From contig CM059432.1 of NCBI GenBank assembly GCA_030390025.1, positions 38,752,001-38,816,000 of the forward strand: a stretch of DNA of 64,000 nt, read 5' to 3'. Source of the DNA: Squalus acanthias. Lineage: Eukaryota. This document shows, piece after piece, positions 1-11,310 of this stretch. The position numbers and the translations under genes were made by a program. How positions within the stretch are numbered: position 1 is the first letter of the stretch; every line of letters begins with the position of its first letter. Under the pieces are notes generated by a model, which had not been told where the DNA came from, searched no databases, and was given only the letters and a program-made list of their open reading frames with translations.

Positions 1-281
1 ATCTAGAGCCATCTTTTGTTTCTTAACCTGTCCTATTACCATCTCGTCTCGCCTTGAATATCTCTTAATGTCTCTTTACTTCTCACAAACCTTCCCTTTT
101 GTTCTTTTATTCCCTCTCCCATTTCCCAGCCCCCAAACTTGCTTTTTCATCTGTTTCATTTCCTGCTTTTTTCCTCAGTTCTGAAGAAGGGTCTTCGACC
201 TGAAACGTTAACTCTGTTTCTCTCTCCACGGATGTTGCCTGGCTTGCTGAGTTTTTCCAGCTCTTTCTGTTGTTATTTCAG
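1..281 (+). mobile_element. Penelope-like pseudo-LTR fragment (in SDC2 intron 1)
   Basis: Closely similar to 17875-18137, the pseudo-LTR of the Penelope element in this window; cut by the window edge. Confidence 0.8.
177..213 (+). ncRNA. Minimal type I hammerhead ribozyme motif
   Basis: agtt-CTGAAGA-stem II (ggtc ttc gacc)-GAAAC-GTT-aact; stem I agtt/aact; palindromic stem III AACGTT. Confidence 0.75.
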
Positions 282-908
282 CTTGTGTCTTGATCCTTTC
301 ACACAGCGACAGGAGGAATTAATTTACTGCAATCTCCTTTCTACAGCCTCAGGCGAAACTACTTTTCTCCGTTCTATTGGGGCGATTAAAGAATGTAACA
401 TTCCCGCATATGTAAAGTGCATTTCTCAAGAGCGCTTTGCAACACACGCCACGGTATTGGAACCGATCCTGTGTTTGGATCGAATTCACCCAGCCTTGCA
501 ACAATCTGAAACAAGGTCGAAAAAAACCTTCCTAATGTATACAATCTCTTATAAGAAACTGGAAATAATCCACAATCCAAACACAGAAACTATTTAGGCT
601 TAGCTTACATTCAAATTGTGTATATAATTTTTACACAGTAGATGAACGTTTATTTTCTTTAAATGACCACTCATAACTTTAAAACTCTTGCATGAAAGAA
701 TCGAAACATCGGAAAAGAAAAATCGTACTCTTAACTGCACCACCACAAGTCAAGATGCGTTTACAGTATCACAAACTAGATTGCGTGCCTCGTCTGATCC
801 TACAAATTTCTCCCGATTCACATTTGGAAGTTCCATTACTCGCCCCCGGAGCAAAGCGGACTAAACAGCAAACGACCATCTCACGTTTTACCCGCTGCAC
901 GGACTCAC

Positions 909-968
909 CAGTTCTCCGTTTACCAGTGTGCAGAGTCCTAAAGTAAGGAGTATCCAGAGGTTCCTCAT
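909..968 (-). CDS. SDC2: Syndecan-2, first coding exon (signal peptide MRNLWILLTLGLCTLVNGEL)
   Basis: Resembles human SDC2 MRRAWILLTLGLVACVSAES; 60 nt, phase 0, donor gtgagt; A at -3; lies downstream of PTDSS1 on the same strand as in human. Confidence 0.92.
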
Positions 969-1520
969 CCTGCTGCCGCTGCTCTCCAGATGGCGAGAGC
1001 TCCGGCTCCGGCTCGAGCAGCTCGCGCGCGTTAGTCTGTGGAACGTCCCGGGGTTCACGCCGCGTTCGCTTCGCAAAGCCTGGCTGCTCCTGGCGGACCG
1101 GGAGTCCCGCTGCACGCTCCGCAACCTCACTCCCCGCAAACACCACTTGTTCTTCTTTAAAAGAATATTCTTCCGTGGACTTTTTCCTCACGCGCTTGTC
1201 TTGAACTTCTCTTCCCCTGATTAAATGTAATTCAAATTATATATATATATATATATATTAAAATAAACGGGCTTTTTTTGTTGTTGAAAGAAAATAATCA
1301 ATGCAATTGAACGCAAAACGAGCTTCCTTCTCAAGAGAGTATCACACTTCTTACCTAACCCTCCTGCAATAACCTCTAAATGCGTCGGCTGTGCGATTTA
1401 AGTGGGAAAAAAACGATCCTGGAGCGAACCAGACTGCGTGCGCAGCTCTGCTCCAGGGGTGTGGCGAGCAGCTTGATTTGATTGACATGACCAATAGAGA
1501 TGTAAACTTACCTTATTGGA
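969..1520 (-). promoter_or_regulatory. SDC2 5' leader / promoter, CpG-rich
   Basis: High CpG density ~880-1200 and ~1380-1470; CCAAT at ~1491-1495 (+) and ~1515-1519 (-); no minus-strand ATG between 969 and ~1485; TSS not determinable. Confidence 0.6.
1238..1258. repeat. (TA)n microsatellite
   Basis: About 10 TA units. Confidence 0.95.
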
Positions 1521-2770
1521 CAGGGTTTTTAATATATAAATGAGTGATAAGATTTTATTTTTCTATTTTTTAAAACTCTTATGCTGGTAAAAGCAGGCCT
1601 TACGCAACAGTTCAATGTCACTCAAGACCCAGATACAGCAACCGCACTTATGGATTCCCTAGCTGAATGGCGAGAAACCACCGAAAACCTGGATTTCTCA
1701 CACTCCAGCAGGAAACCCTGGAACCTGCTCTGCTGGCTTGGTGCTGCCTTACTGCCCCTATGTGAGGTGCCAAAGGTCAGTGCAGATGCCATTGTGGCCT
1801 GCCTCCGAACCAACTCAAAGGTAATGATTATCACCGAAAACAAATGCTGAAAAAGTTGCTTAAGCTCTCTCTGCAAAAAGCCGCTCCGCACACCTCCGAA
1901 GAGGTGGACACAGCGCTGAGAGCCGCCAAGTCTGGGAAGGCCGCCAGGATCAATGGCATCTACCCAGAATTTCTCAAGAACCAAGGCCCAAATGGACGGA
2001 TGTAATTGCCAAACTTGCCTCCAACATCCTTGATACTGGGATTATAAGAACATAAGAACATTATTCGCAGAAGTTTGGCGCCATTCAAAAGTCATTGCTT
2101 TCCTAAAGCCAGGAAAACCAACCAACGATCCCAAAAGCTACCGCCCCATCGCCCTTTGGTCTATAGTCTACAAGGTGGTCCAACGGCTCATCCTTAACTG
2201 GATAAAACTGGCTTTAGAAGCCGCCTTCCCAAACGAGCAGTCGGGTTTCAAGAGAGGGAAGAAGCTGCTCTGACCAGGTCCAACATTGAAGCAGGGTCCC
2301 AGAAGTAGCTGAAGACTAGCGCTGCCTTCATAGACTTGTCATCGGCATACAACACTGTCTGGCGCGAAGGTCTGCTATTAAAGCGTTCAATAATAATCCA
2401 ATGCTGCAAGACTGTCAGGCTGATCAATGCCCTAACAAGCAACCGTAAGTTCAGCATCTATTTTGGTGACAAGACCAGCCGAGCACTGACGCTCAACAGT
2501 CTGTCACAGGGGTCGGTGCTCACACCAGACTTTTTCAACAACTATGCGGCGGACATGCCCTGCACCAAATCCTGGAAGTTTGCATATGCTGATGACATGG
2601 CACTGCAGACGCAGGCATCAACACTAGAGGAAGCAAGTAGGACGATAACAAGCAACCTGGACATACTGGAACACTACTTCTGGACCTGGTGCTTCCGCCC
2701 CAATCCAGAGAAGACAGTTGTGTCAGCGTTCCATCTGAACAACAACGTCGCCGGGAAAGAACTCAACATT

Positions 2771-4570
2771 TCAGCTGCCTCTGCCACTTCCCTTCCTTCC
2801 ACTAGCCCACTGGACCAAACTTCCTTTAAGGGTCCCCCCCGCCCAAGCCCTGAACTCACATCTTTCTCCAGTTTCTCTCCGATCTCCCCTCATGACCTCT
2901 CTGTGCTCATCTTGTCCATGAGACCCACCTCCTGCTCCCTCGACCCTATTCCCACCAAACTGCTGACCACACAACTTCCTTTTCTGGTTCTTATGTTAGC
3001 TGATATTGTTAACGGTTCTCTCTCCTCAGGTACTGTCCCCCTCTCCCTCAAATCTGCCGTCATCACCCCTCTCCTCAAAAAACCAACCCTTGATCCCTCC
3101 GTTCTTGCAAACTACCATCCAATCTCCAACCTCCCTTTCCTCTCCAAAGTCCTTGAACTTGTTGTCGCCTCCCAAATTCGTGCCCATCTTTCCCGCAATT
3201 CCATGTTTGAATCCCTCCAATCAGGTTTCCGTCCTTGCCACAGTACTGAAACAGCTCTCATCAAAGTCACAAATGACATTCTTTGTGACTGTGACAAAGG
3301 TAAACTATCCCTCCTCGGCCTTCTTGACCTGTCTGCAGCCTTTGACACGGTTGAACACTCTATCCTTCTCCAACGCCTCTCCACTGTCATCCAGCTGGGT
3401 GGGACTGCACTCGCCTGGTTCCATTCTTGTCTATCTAATTGTAGCCAGAGAATCACCTGCAACCGCTTCTCTTCCCACTCCCGCATCGTTACCTCTGGTA
3501 TCCCCCAAGGCCCCCTCCTATTTCTCATCTACATGTTGTCCCTTGGCGACATTATCCGAAAACACAGGGTCAGTTTCCACATATACGCTGACGACACCCA
3601 GCTCTACCTCACTACCTCTTCTCTCGACCCCTCCACGGTGTCTAAATTGTCAGACTGCTTGTCTGACATACAGTTTTGGATGAGCAAAAATTTTCTCCAA
3701 TTAAATATTAGAAAAACTGAAGCCATTGTTTTCGGTCCTGCCACAAACTCCGTTCCCTAGCCACTGACCCCATCCCTCTCCCTAACATCTGTCTGAGGCT
3801 GAACTACACTATTCGCATCCTTGGTGTCATATTTGACCCTGAAATGAGCTTCCGACCACATATCCGCAGCATAACAAAGACCGCCTACTTCCACCTCCGT
3901 AACATCATCCATCTCCGCCCTTGCCTCAGCTCATCTGCTGCTGAAACCCTCATCCATGCCTTTGTTACCTCTAGACTTGACTATTCCAATGCACTCCTGG
4001 CTGGCCTTCCACATTCCGCCCTACGTAAACTTGAGGTCATCCAAAACTCGGCTGCCCGTGTCCTAACTCGCACCAAGTCTTGTTTACCCATTTCCCCTGT
4101 GCTCGCTGACCTACATTGGCTCCTGGTTAAGCAGCCCCTCGATTTCAAAATTTTCATTGTTGTTTTCAAATCCCTCCGTGGCCTCACTCCTTCCTATCTC
4201 GGTAATCTCCTTCAGCCCCACAACAACCACCCCCCACCCCCACCCCCGAGATATCTGCGCTCCTCTAATTGTGCCCTCTTGAGCATCCCTGATTATAGTC
4301 GCTCAACCTTTGGTGGCTATGCCTTCTGTTGCCTAGGCCCTAAGCTCTGGAATTTCCTGCCTAAACCTCTCCGCCTCGCTACCTCTCTTTCCTCCTTTAA
4401 GATGCTCCTTAAAACCTACCTCTTTGACCAAGCTTTTGGTCACCTGCCCTGATTTATCCTTATGTGGCTCGGTGTCAAACTTTTTGTCTTAAAATACTCC
4501 TGTGCAGCACCTTGGGACGTTTTACTACGTTAAAGGCGCTATATAAATACAAGTTGTTGTTGTTGTTGTT
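2771..4570 (+). mobile_element. L2-clade LINE, 5' truncated, nested in the Vingi-like element
   Basis: RT motifs QSGFRPCHSTETAL, LLDLSAAFDTV, YADDTQLY, HAFVTSRLDYSN; 3' end aaaggcgctatataaatacaag followed by (TTG)n. Confidence 0.9.
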
Positions 4571-5143
4571 TCCTACTGCAGAAGGTGACGTACCCATGGA
4601 CCCCACCCAAAATACCTGCGCGTCACCCTGGACAGGACTCTAACCTATCAGCCTTATCTCACCAACACCAGCCAAAAAGTAAAAACCAGGGCGAACCTGG
4701 TCCAGAAACTCGCTGAAATGTCATGGGGGAGCACAGCCAGAACACTTCGCACCGCAACAATGGCCCTAGTCTACTCTGCTGCAGAATACTGCTCTGCCTC
4801 ATGGTCCTGCAGCCGCCACACAAAGATGGTGGACGTGCAGCTAAATGCCGCCATGAGAGTGGTGTTAGGGACGCTCAAGCCCACTCCACTGAGTGGTTCC
4901 CGGTGCTGTCCCACATTGCCCCGCCTGCCATTCGCCACGACGCCACTGTGCTCCTCCGTGAGATGGAAAAAATCATGAGCAACATCGACCTTCTCATTCA
5001 TGAAGACTTGAAAATCTCACCACGAAAGCGCTTAAAATCGCACCGGCCATTCTGGGAAACAGCAACCAATATTCATGCAGCTGGTATTGACCCACTATCC
5101 AGATGGACAGAATCATGGGATGCATGCAACATTAAGAACCAAC

Positions 5144-5270
5144 GAAGAGTCATCGACCTGAAACGTTAACTCTGTTTCTCTCTCCACAGATGCTGACTGA
5201 CCTGCTGAGTATTTCCAGCATTTTCTGTTTTTATTTCAGATTTCCAGCATCTGCAGTATTTTGCTTTTGT
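5144..5270 (+). mobile_element. 127-bp Penelope pseudo-LTR-derived insertion with 13-bp TSD
   Basis: ATTAAGAACCAAC at 5131-5143 and 5271-5283; insert begins inside the hammerhead core. Confidence 0.85.
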
Positions 5271-5614
5271 ATTAAGAACCAACATCTCATCACTGACCCA
5301 ACAGCAGAGGTCCTTGCCTTTGACCTCCCTTGAAGAGAGTGGACAGCATTCAACTGAATCTGCACAGGGCATGGACGATGCTGCCACCTGCTCCACAAGT
5401 GGAAGATGAGGAATGACCCAAAGTGTGACTGTGGTCATGAGTCCCAGATCATGGAACACATCACATCAACCTGCCCACTAAGATCTGTTGCGGGAGGTAC
5501 CTAATTTCTCCACTTGGCATCTCAGGAGGCCATCGAATGGATAGCCAAACTAGATATCCTATTATAAGCTTTTCCCGTCGTACGAAACAACATTAACATA
5601 ATGTTCATGTGTCT

Positions 5615-6270
5615 TGCAGTTGGGTCTTTCACAAATCCATGCTGGCTCTCTTTGATCAGCTCATACTTGTCCAAGTCAGTCTGTATTTGATGATGGATTC
5701 CAGTAACTTCCTGTTAAACTGATATTTTTGTAGTTACCTGGTTTCTCCCTCTCTCCATTTTTAAATAATGAAGTGACATTTGCAATTATCCAATCCAAAG
5801 ACATAATTCCCAAATCTAGAGCTTTGGAAAATGATGACTAGCACATCTGCAATTTCCTCACCTATTTCTTTTAATACTCTGGTGGTGACCATCAGATCCT
5901 GGAGATTTGTCTGTATTAAGTCACATTATTTTCTCCATTGCCATTTTTTAAACTTGTATTAAATCCACTAACTTCCTCCCCATGACTTATTTTTAGGTTC
6001 CTTTTTACAGCTGATATTTTGTCCTCTTCCTCTACTGTGAAAACAGATACAAAGTACTCATTCAACAAGTCTACCATTTCCTTTTTGTCTATTATAATCT
6101 CACCAGCATCTGCCTTTAATGGACCCACCTTCTCCTTTACCACTCTCTCTTAATTTATTTATATAAAAACTTTTGTTGTTACCTTTGATATCCCTTGCAA
6201 GTGTTTTTAATATTCCCTTTTTGCACTTCTTATTAGTTTCTTTATATCCCATTATCTGTCCCATTTGTTT
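5615..6270 (-). mobile_element. CR1 LINE ORF2 fragment, degenerate
   Basis: VGPLK..GEII...EMVDLLNEYFVSVFTVE. Confidence 0.75.
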
Positions 6271-7589
6271 TGAAGTTGAATGATGATACAGAAAATGAAG
6301 GATATAGAGACAGATGACAACAGAGAGAGATGGAGAGAGAGACTACAAAAATGTGTTGTCATTGAAGAATGTATTCTCTCTTTATCAACTGTAGAGTTAT
6401 GTTTCGAAGCAGGAAACAACGTGGATTACTTTTTTCTCGTATGCTCTTTAGGTGACAGTATAAGTTTCCATTTTGTACTGTTATAATTATGTTAGAAGAA
6501 GAGTTATTCTTGGTAAATCTACTGTCTTCCAAACTGTTGTCAAATAATTTCTAGGGAATAAAGAGGTATTTTGTTGGTGAAACATAGGGGCTTACATTAA
6601 ATCTAAACTGCTCTTACATGTAGTTTGTGTTTATTTGGAACTCATTGTTGTCATTTAAGTTCATTATTACATACAAATACGGATTATTGAGTCTGACATA
6701 ATAAAAGTAATGCATGAGTATATGATACTTTTTGTAACCAAACAAATGAACATTAAGAACTATATTTTTAAAAAGACAAACTAAAATAATGAAGGTGGTA
6801 TTTGGAGTGATAAGAACAAAGATAATTATGGTTAGCACAAATAATACTAATTCAATACTACTACCTCGTAAAAAATGCAAATATTTTGATTTTGCTCAGT
6901 GCTTTCAAACTGACCGGCACCAATGCCCTCCATCGAATCTGGTCCTCATATGGCTGAACTACTTGAGTAGGGCTGGCCCATCTCCCATTTTGGTTCTATT
7001 ACAGTGGCTGTGATCATACTTGTTCTGTAAGCAGAGCATTTTAATGATGATGTTAGAAAATGGCTGCACACAAGAAACATCAACTCCATCTTGTCCACCT
7101 CCCTCTCTTGGCTGAGATATCTCCCATCTCTCATGGTGTTCTCTCATGCCATACTCTTTTGTACATAACCTGTAAAGAGCTCCATGCATGGAACTATTTT
7201 CCTGACTGGCAATGTGCTCTACAACTTCTGTAGAATGATGGTGAACAAGAAAAACGGGACAATACAGTCTGGTACCTTTGCAGCTGATCTCCCTGAGAAT
7301 ACAACAGTTGGATAATTACATTCTTTGTATGAAGGAAGAACATGTATGTATGCAAAAGTTGCTACACTCACCTTAGCACTTCTTGTGATGCGACAGAACT
7401 CCTTCATCATTTGTTGCAATGTATGGTGGAGCTGAGAGAATTCATGGACTTGCTCCTCCGCCTCCACCTCCACCTCCACCTAGAGTGTTTGCGCCTGTGC
7501 TTTCAGAGTTCCGCACCTTCTGCCTCAGAGTTGGCCACCTTTCTTCACCACACCATCTGCAGCGAGATCTCTAGGCATCATTAGAGAAT

Positions 7590-9778
7590 GCCGGGGAGAA
7601 AACATTGTGGCCGCCACGAGAGTTGCCAGTGCTACCCAAGAAAAAAATTCACGCTGGGGGCTAATGATTTTTAGCCCAACTAAACTTACTGTGTAACGCC
7701 CTCCTGGTGGCGTTAGTGCAGGCATGGAAGTCGAAGTTCCCGTCCTGAAGCTTCTAACAGCCTCTGGGAGCGAGGCTATGGAGTTCGCAAGGAATTGTGG
7801 GCAATTAAAAGGGCTATGAATTAAAGGGGCAATGCGTTCAGAACTAACAAAAATTACAATGCAGTGAAAAAATGCAGTTTTAGCCCTTACTGCCTTAAAA
7901 AAAATATTAACATTAAAAAGAAATCCCAAATGGGAGTCTTCAGCATTTAAAGCTGAATTCCCTCCCGAACCTCAAAAAATGGGAAAAGTACTTCAGCACT
8001 AACACAAATGGCTCAGCAAGCCAGGGAAGGGGCACCCAGGGTCTCGCACGCAGCACTCCAGCTTCATGCAGGGGTTAACACTGCAAAAGAGGTCTTCTAC
8101 CCACAGGAGCCAGGAGGCCCTCCAGAAAGAACGATGTGAGACTAGATCACCAAGGCCGTCACTGCCAGCAGTGTCACCCCCACCACCTGGCTCCAGTGCC
8201 CAAAGAAGATTCATGACCTCAGATCACTGGCCAAGGTCAGTGAATGCATCTTCAAAAGCCGTCTCCTACCAACTGAATCACAAGCCTCACACACTGCTCA
8301 TTGCACGATTCCTCCCTCCCCCGCCAATCACTCACCTAACAACAATCTGTACCAATCACGAGGCACATCTCCTATTCCTAGCCTCACCTCACTCCCTTGG
8401 AGGAGACGGTGCAGGCCAGTTTTGGCAGGGGCATGGCTGAGCCCTTGGCCAGAGGTGGGGCTGAAAGGATACAAGATGTTGGTATCCTCATACGTTATCC
8501 TCCTTCTGGCATGCACCTCTTGCTTTCCTGCCCTCCCCTCACCACAACTCTACCCTTGTGCCTTCCTCATTTCACACACCCAAGAAATGCAACTGCCCAG
8601 CCAGTGGTTGGCCAAGAAGAGGGAGAGGAGAGGGAAGGAGAATAATAAGAAGAAGAAACACCATCACTTGATTTGACACTCCCAGCCGCCAGCTCCTAAA
8701 GGTCGACCAGCAAGGCCATTTGCAGTGTCCCCCACTGAAAGTCAGCTGCCTTCCACCAGCCATGCTGCAGCCACTGGGGTAGCACTGCATAACATCAGTA
8801 GGATAGGCAAATGCACACACAAGACAGTCACTAAGAGAATGCATAAGGGTGATGAATTGATTTCTTGATGTCATATTGGATGGATAGATGTATAAAGTTG
8901 GATTGGAAAGTTTGCTTTGTGGTGGCTTTTATTTCAGCATTGTGGCCAAGAGGACGCTGTGATGGTCAGTAACAGAGGGAAGGTAAGGTGTGGGACAAAT
9001 GTTAAAAGGGGAATTAGGGTTGTGTTCACTGGGACCGCAGGTGGATGATTTCATCCTGGATATCCCACCCAGAAAGGGCTGTCTGCATTGCATCCTTCCT
9101 TCTGCTTCCTCCCCTTCTGTTTCCCCCTCTTCTGTTTCCCCCTCTTCTGCTTCTTCCTCTTCTGTTTCCTCCTCTTCTGCACCTTCCCCTTCCCTGTGCA
9201 AGCGGATGCTGGAAATCTGAAATGTCAGCAGGTCAGGCAGCATCTTGACATGTTTCTCTCTCCACGGATGTTGCCTGACTTGCTGAGTATTTGCAGTTTT
9301 TTCTGTCTTCTCAGAGGCCTTCCTTTATCATCTGAGGCCTTGCAAGTGTCCAGCAGCACTCCCTACAGACTTGAAAAACTTTAAAATTCTATTGCAGCAA
9401 GCCACTACTTCAGGAACATTTTAAAAAAGTCCAAAAGCTTACATGAAAACTTACATAAAAGATGTGTATGTCCCTTTAAGAGGTGCTGACAGCGGCTCTG
9501 TGAGTCTGCTTGCATGCTGGGTTTACCTGGCTTGATTAGGACCCCTGGGGTCGAATTTCGCCATGGTGATGTTAAGTCAGCGTTGCACGCCAACTGACGG
9601 CACCACTCCGCCATTTAAATCTGAAGGGCGATACTTCTTAACGGCAGTGCTGCCGGACCTGGGAAAATGGAGGACGCCGCGGGACCCACCACCAGCTGGC
9701 GAAAGAGCGGCAGCTGCCCTCTTTGCGCCATTTTTTGCTGGCAGCAGGTGGCATAAAGCCCCTGAATTTTTAGCCCCC
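7590..9778. mobile_element. Harbinger/PIF-like DNA transposon remnant
   Basis: Minus-strand Glu-rich run followed by a degraded transposase-like C-terminus (~9027-9190); ends in aatttttagcccc like the other 3-bp-TSD elements here; boundaries uncertain; contains a small Penelope-derived piece at ~9200-9305. Confidence 0.45.
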
Positions 9779-10449
9779 AGTGTCTTCCCCATTTCAAGTA
9801 TTGCGCTCCATTTTACCCGTCTCTGGCAATCCATTCACACTGAGAAACTTTGGTGAACTCCCCTTTAATTACCAGCAACAACCCTCAAACAGCAATTGGC
9901 TGGCCAATTTTTCAACTGGCAGCCAATCAACTTCCAGGCATCACCCCCTGCACATGTTTTCCATGTTCTTTTTCACACAGATGTGTGCAGTCCCCATTTT
10001 CCTGAACTTGGGAAAGTGGGCCTTATAATCTGTTCCGATGATGTTGTACATTAGCTGGTAGCAATGGGAAAACAAATGTATTGCGGAAATTGTATAGGTG
10101 TAACAGCAGTTTATGTAATTTGTACTGCAGATGAACAGGATCATATGATAGATGCTGGTTCTATAACAATGGCTGGAATCTCTAACCCGCTCCCTCATTG
10201 ATAGTCTATAGGGGAAGATTTCAACCATTGCATTTATCACAAGGTTACTGAGAAATAACAAATACAATGACATATTAACCATATGCAACTGTCACAGAGA
10301 GTAAATTTGCTGATCAATAGGAGATTATATTTTATAAATATTATGCTCACGTTGCAGAGCTTTTCCCATTTGGGACGCAAAATCAGCCTTGAGTGTTGAT
10401 ACCATAAACATTTCTGTTTTGTCCTTGAAAACACAGTCATAGAGTCATA

Positions 10450-11307
10450 GGCCGGAATTTTGCCAGCGCTCAGGGGGCGGGTTTGGAGTTGGGACATCCG
10501 GTAAAATCGCAAAGATTGACAGCGGGCAGGAAACCTATCAATCTTCCCAAGTGTCGGGTCCCTGATTTGCGCATGGACCCGACACCGAGCGGCGGGAAGA
10601 GAATTATAGCCACTTAACTGCCTGTTAAAGGCTGTTAACAGGCAGTTAACAGGCTCTTTTGCAATTTTGACACTTCTACTTCGGGCTTCCCGAAGTCCGG
10701 ACAACACACCAGGTAAATGTGGCGTGTTGTGAGTCTGCTGTAATGTTTCTGCATTGATGACAGCTGCAGAAGTGGTGTGAAGGATCCAATGGTGCACTGG
10801 TGAGTTTCAGAGGTAAGGAAATGTTGGGAAATTCATTTTTGATGCATTTAGACTTTTCTGTAGGTAACAAGATTTGAATTGGTTGTCTAGTCCCACCTCA
10901 TTGGGAGAACCTCTCTCGCCAGTGACAGATCGCTTCTGTAACCTCACCTGCAGCTGCCATCTGTTCTAGTCCAAGGAGGGAGTCACTGGAGAGTCTGGGT
11001 GCAAGAACTCACCTGTGAACAGCCATTGTCAGTGTTTGCAGCACCTCAATGCTGTCAAACACTGAGAAATCAGCTGTCAAAGAAAAAATGTGTGTGGTCC
11101 CTTTAAGAAAACTGGCAGATGACGCGTCATCAAATGACGTCATCTGACCGGCTTCTTCGTAATTGGCCGGCAAGCCTGCAGGTTGGGCTTAACAAGACCA
11201 ATTGACGTAAAATCACGTCCGTGGGCCGGATGAAGTTGGGGGCGGGACTGGAACCCGGAAACCAGCTGACCCGCTCCCAAGCCGCATCGATCGATAAAAT
11301 CGCGCCC
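10450..11307. mobile_element. Non-autonomous DNA transposon (Harbinger-like MITE)
   Basis: Imperfect TIRs ggccggaatttt / aaaatcgcgccc; 3-bp TSD ATA; inserted in the octamer tail of the adjacent CR1. Confidence 0.7.
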
Positions 11308-11310
11308 ATA

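Larger units (their letters stand above)
1585..5590 (+). mobile_element. Degenerate Ingi/Vingi-like (I-group) non-LTR retrotransposon, interrupted twice
   Basis: Segments ~1585-2770, 4571-5143, 5271-5590; motifs LDFSHSSRKPW, KPGKP..DPKSYRPI, FAYADD, PNPEKT..SAFHLNN, WGSTARTLRT..LVYSAAEYC, C-terminal CDCG..Q..EH...CP knuckle; no RNase H seen; clade assignment from memory. Confidence 0.65.

Noticed and set aside
769..1191. 140-aa ORF as a separate gene
   Set aside because: GTG start, no recognisable homology; overlaps the SDC2 signal-peptide exon in another frame
6614..6880. Hydrophobic 88-aa ORF
   Set aside because: Explained by AT-rich composition; no recognisable family
9088..9195. Glu-rich / Ser-rich repetitive ORFs as a host gene
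   Set aside because: 15-bp low-complexity repeats within a transposon remnant
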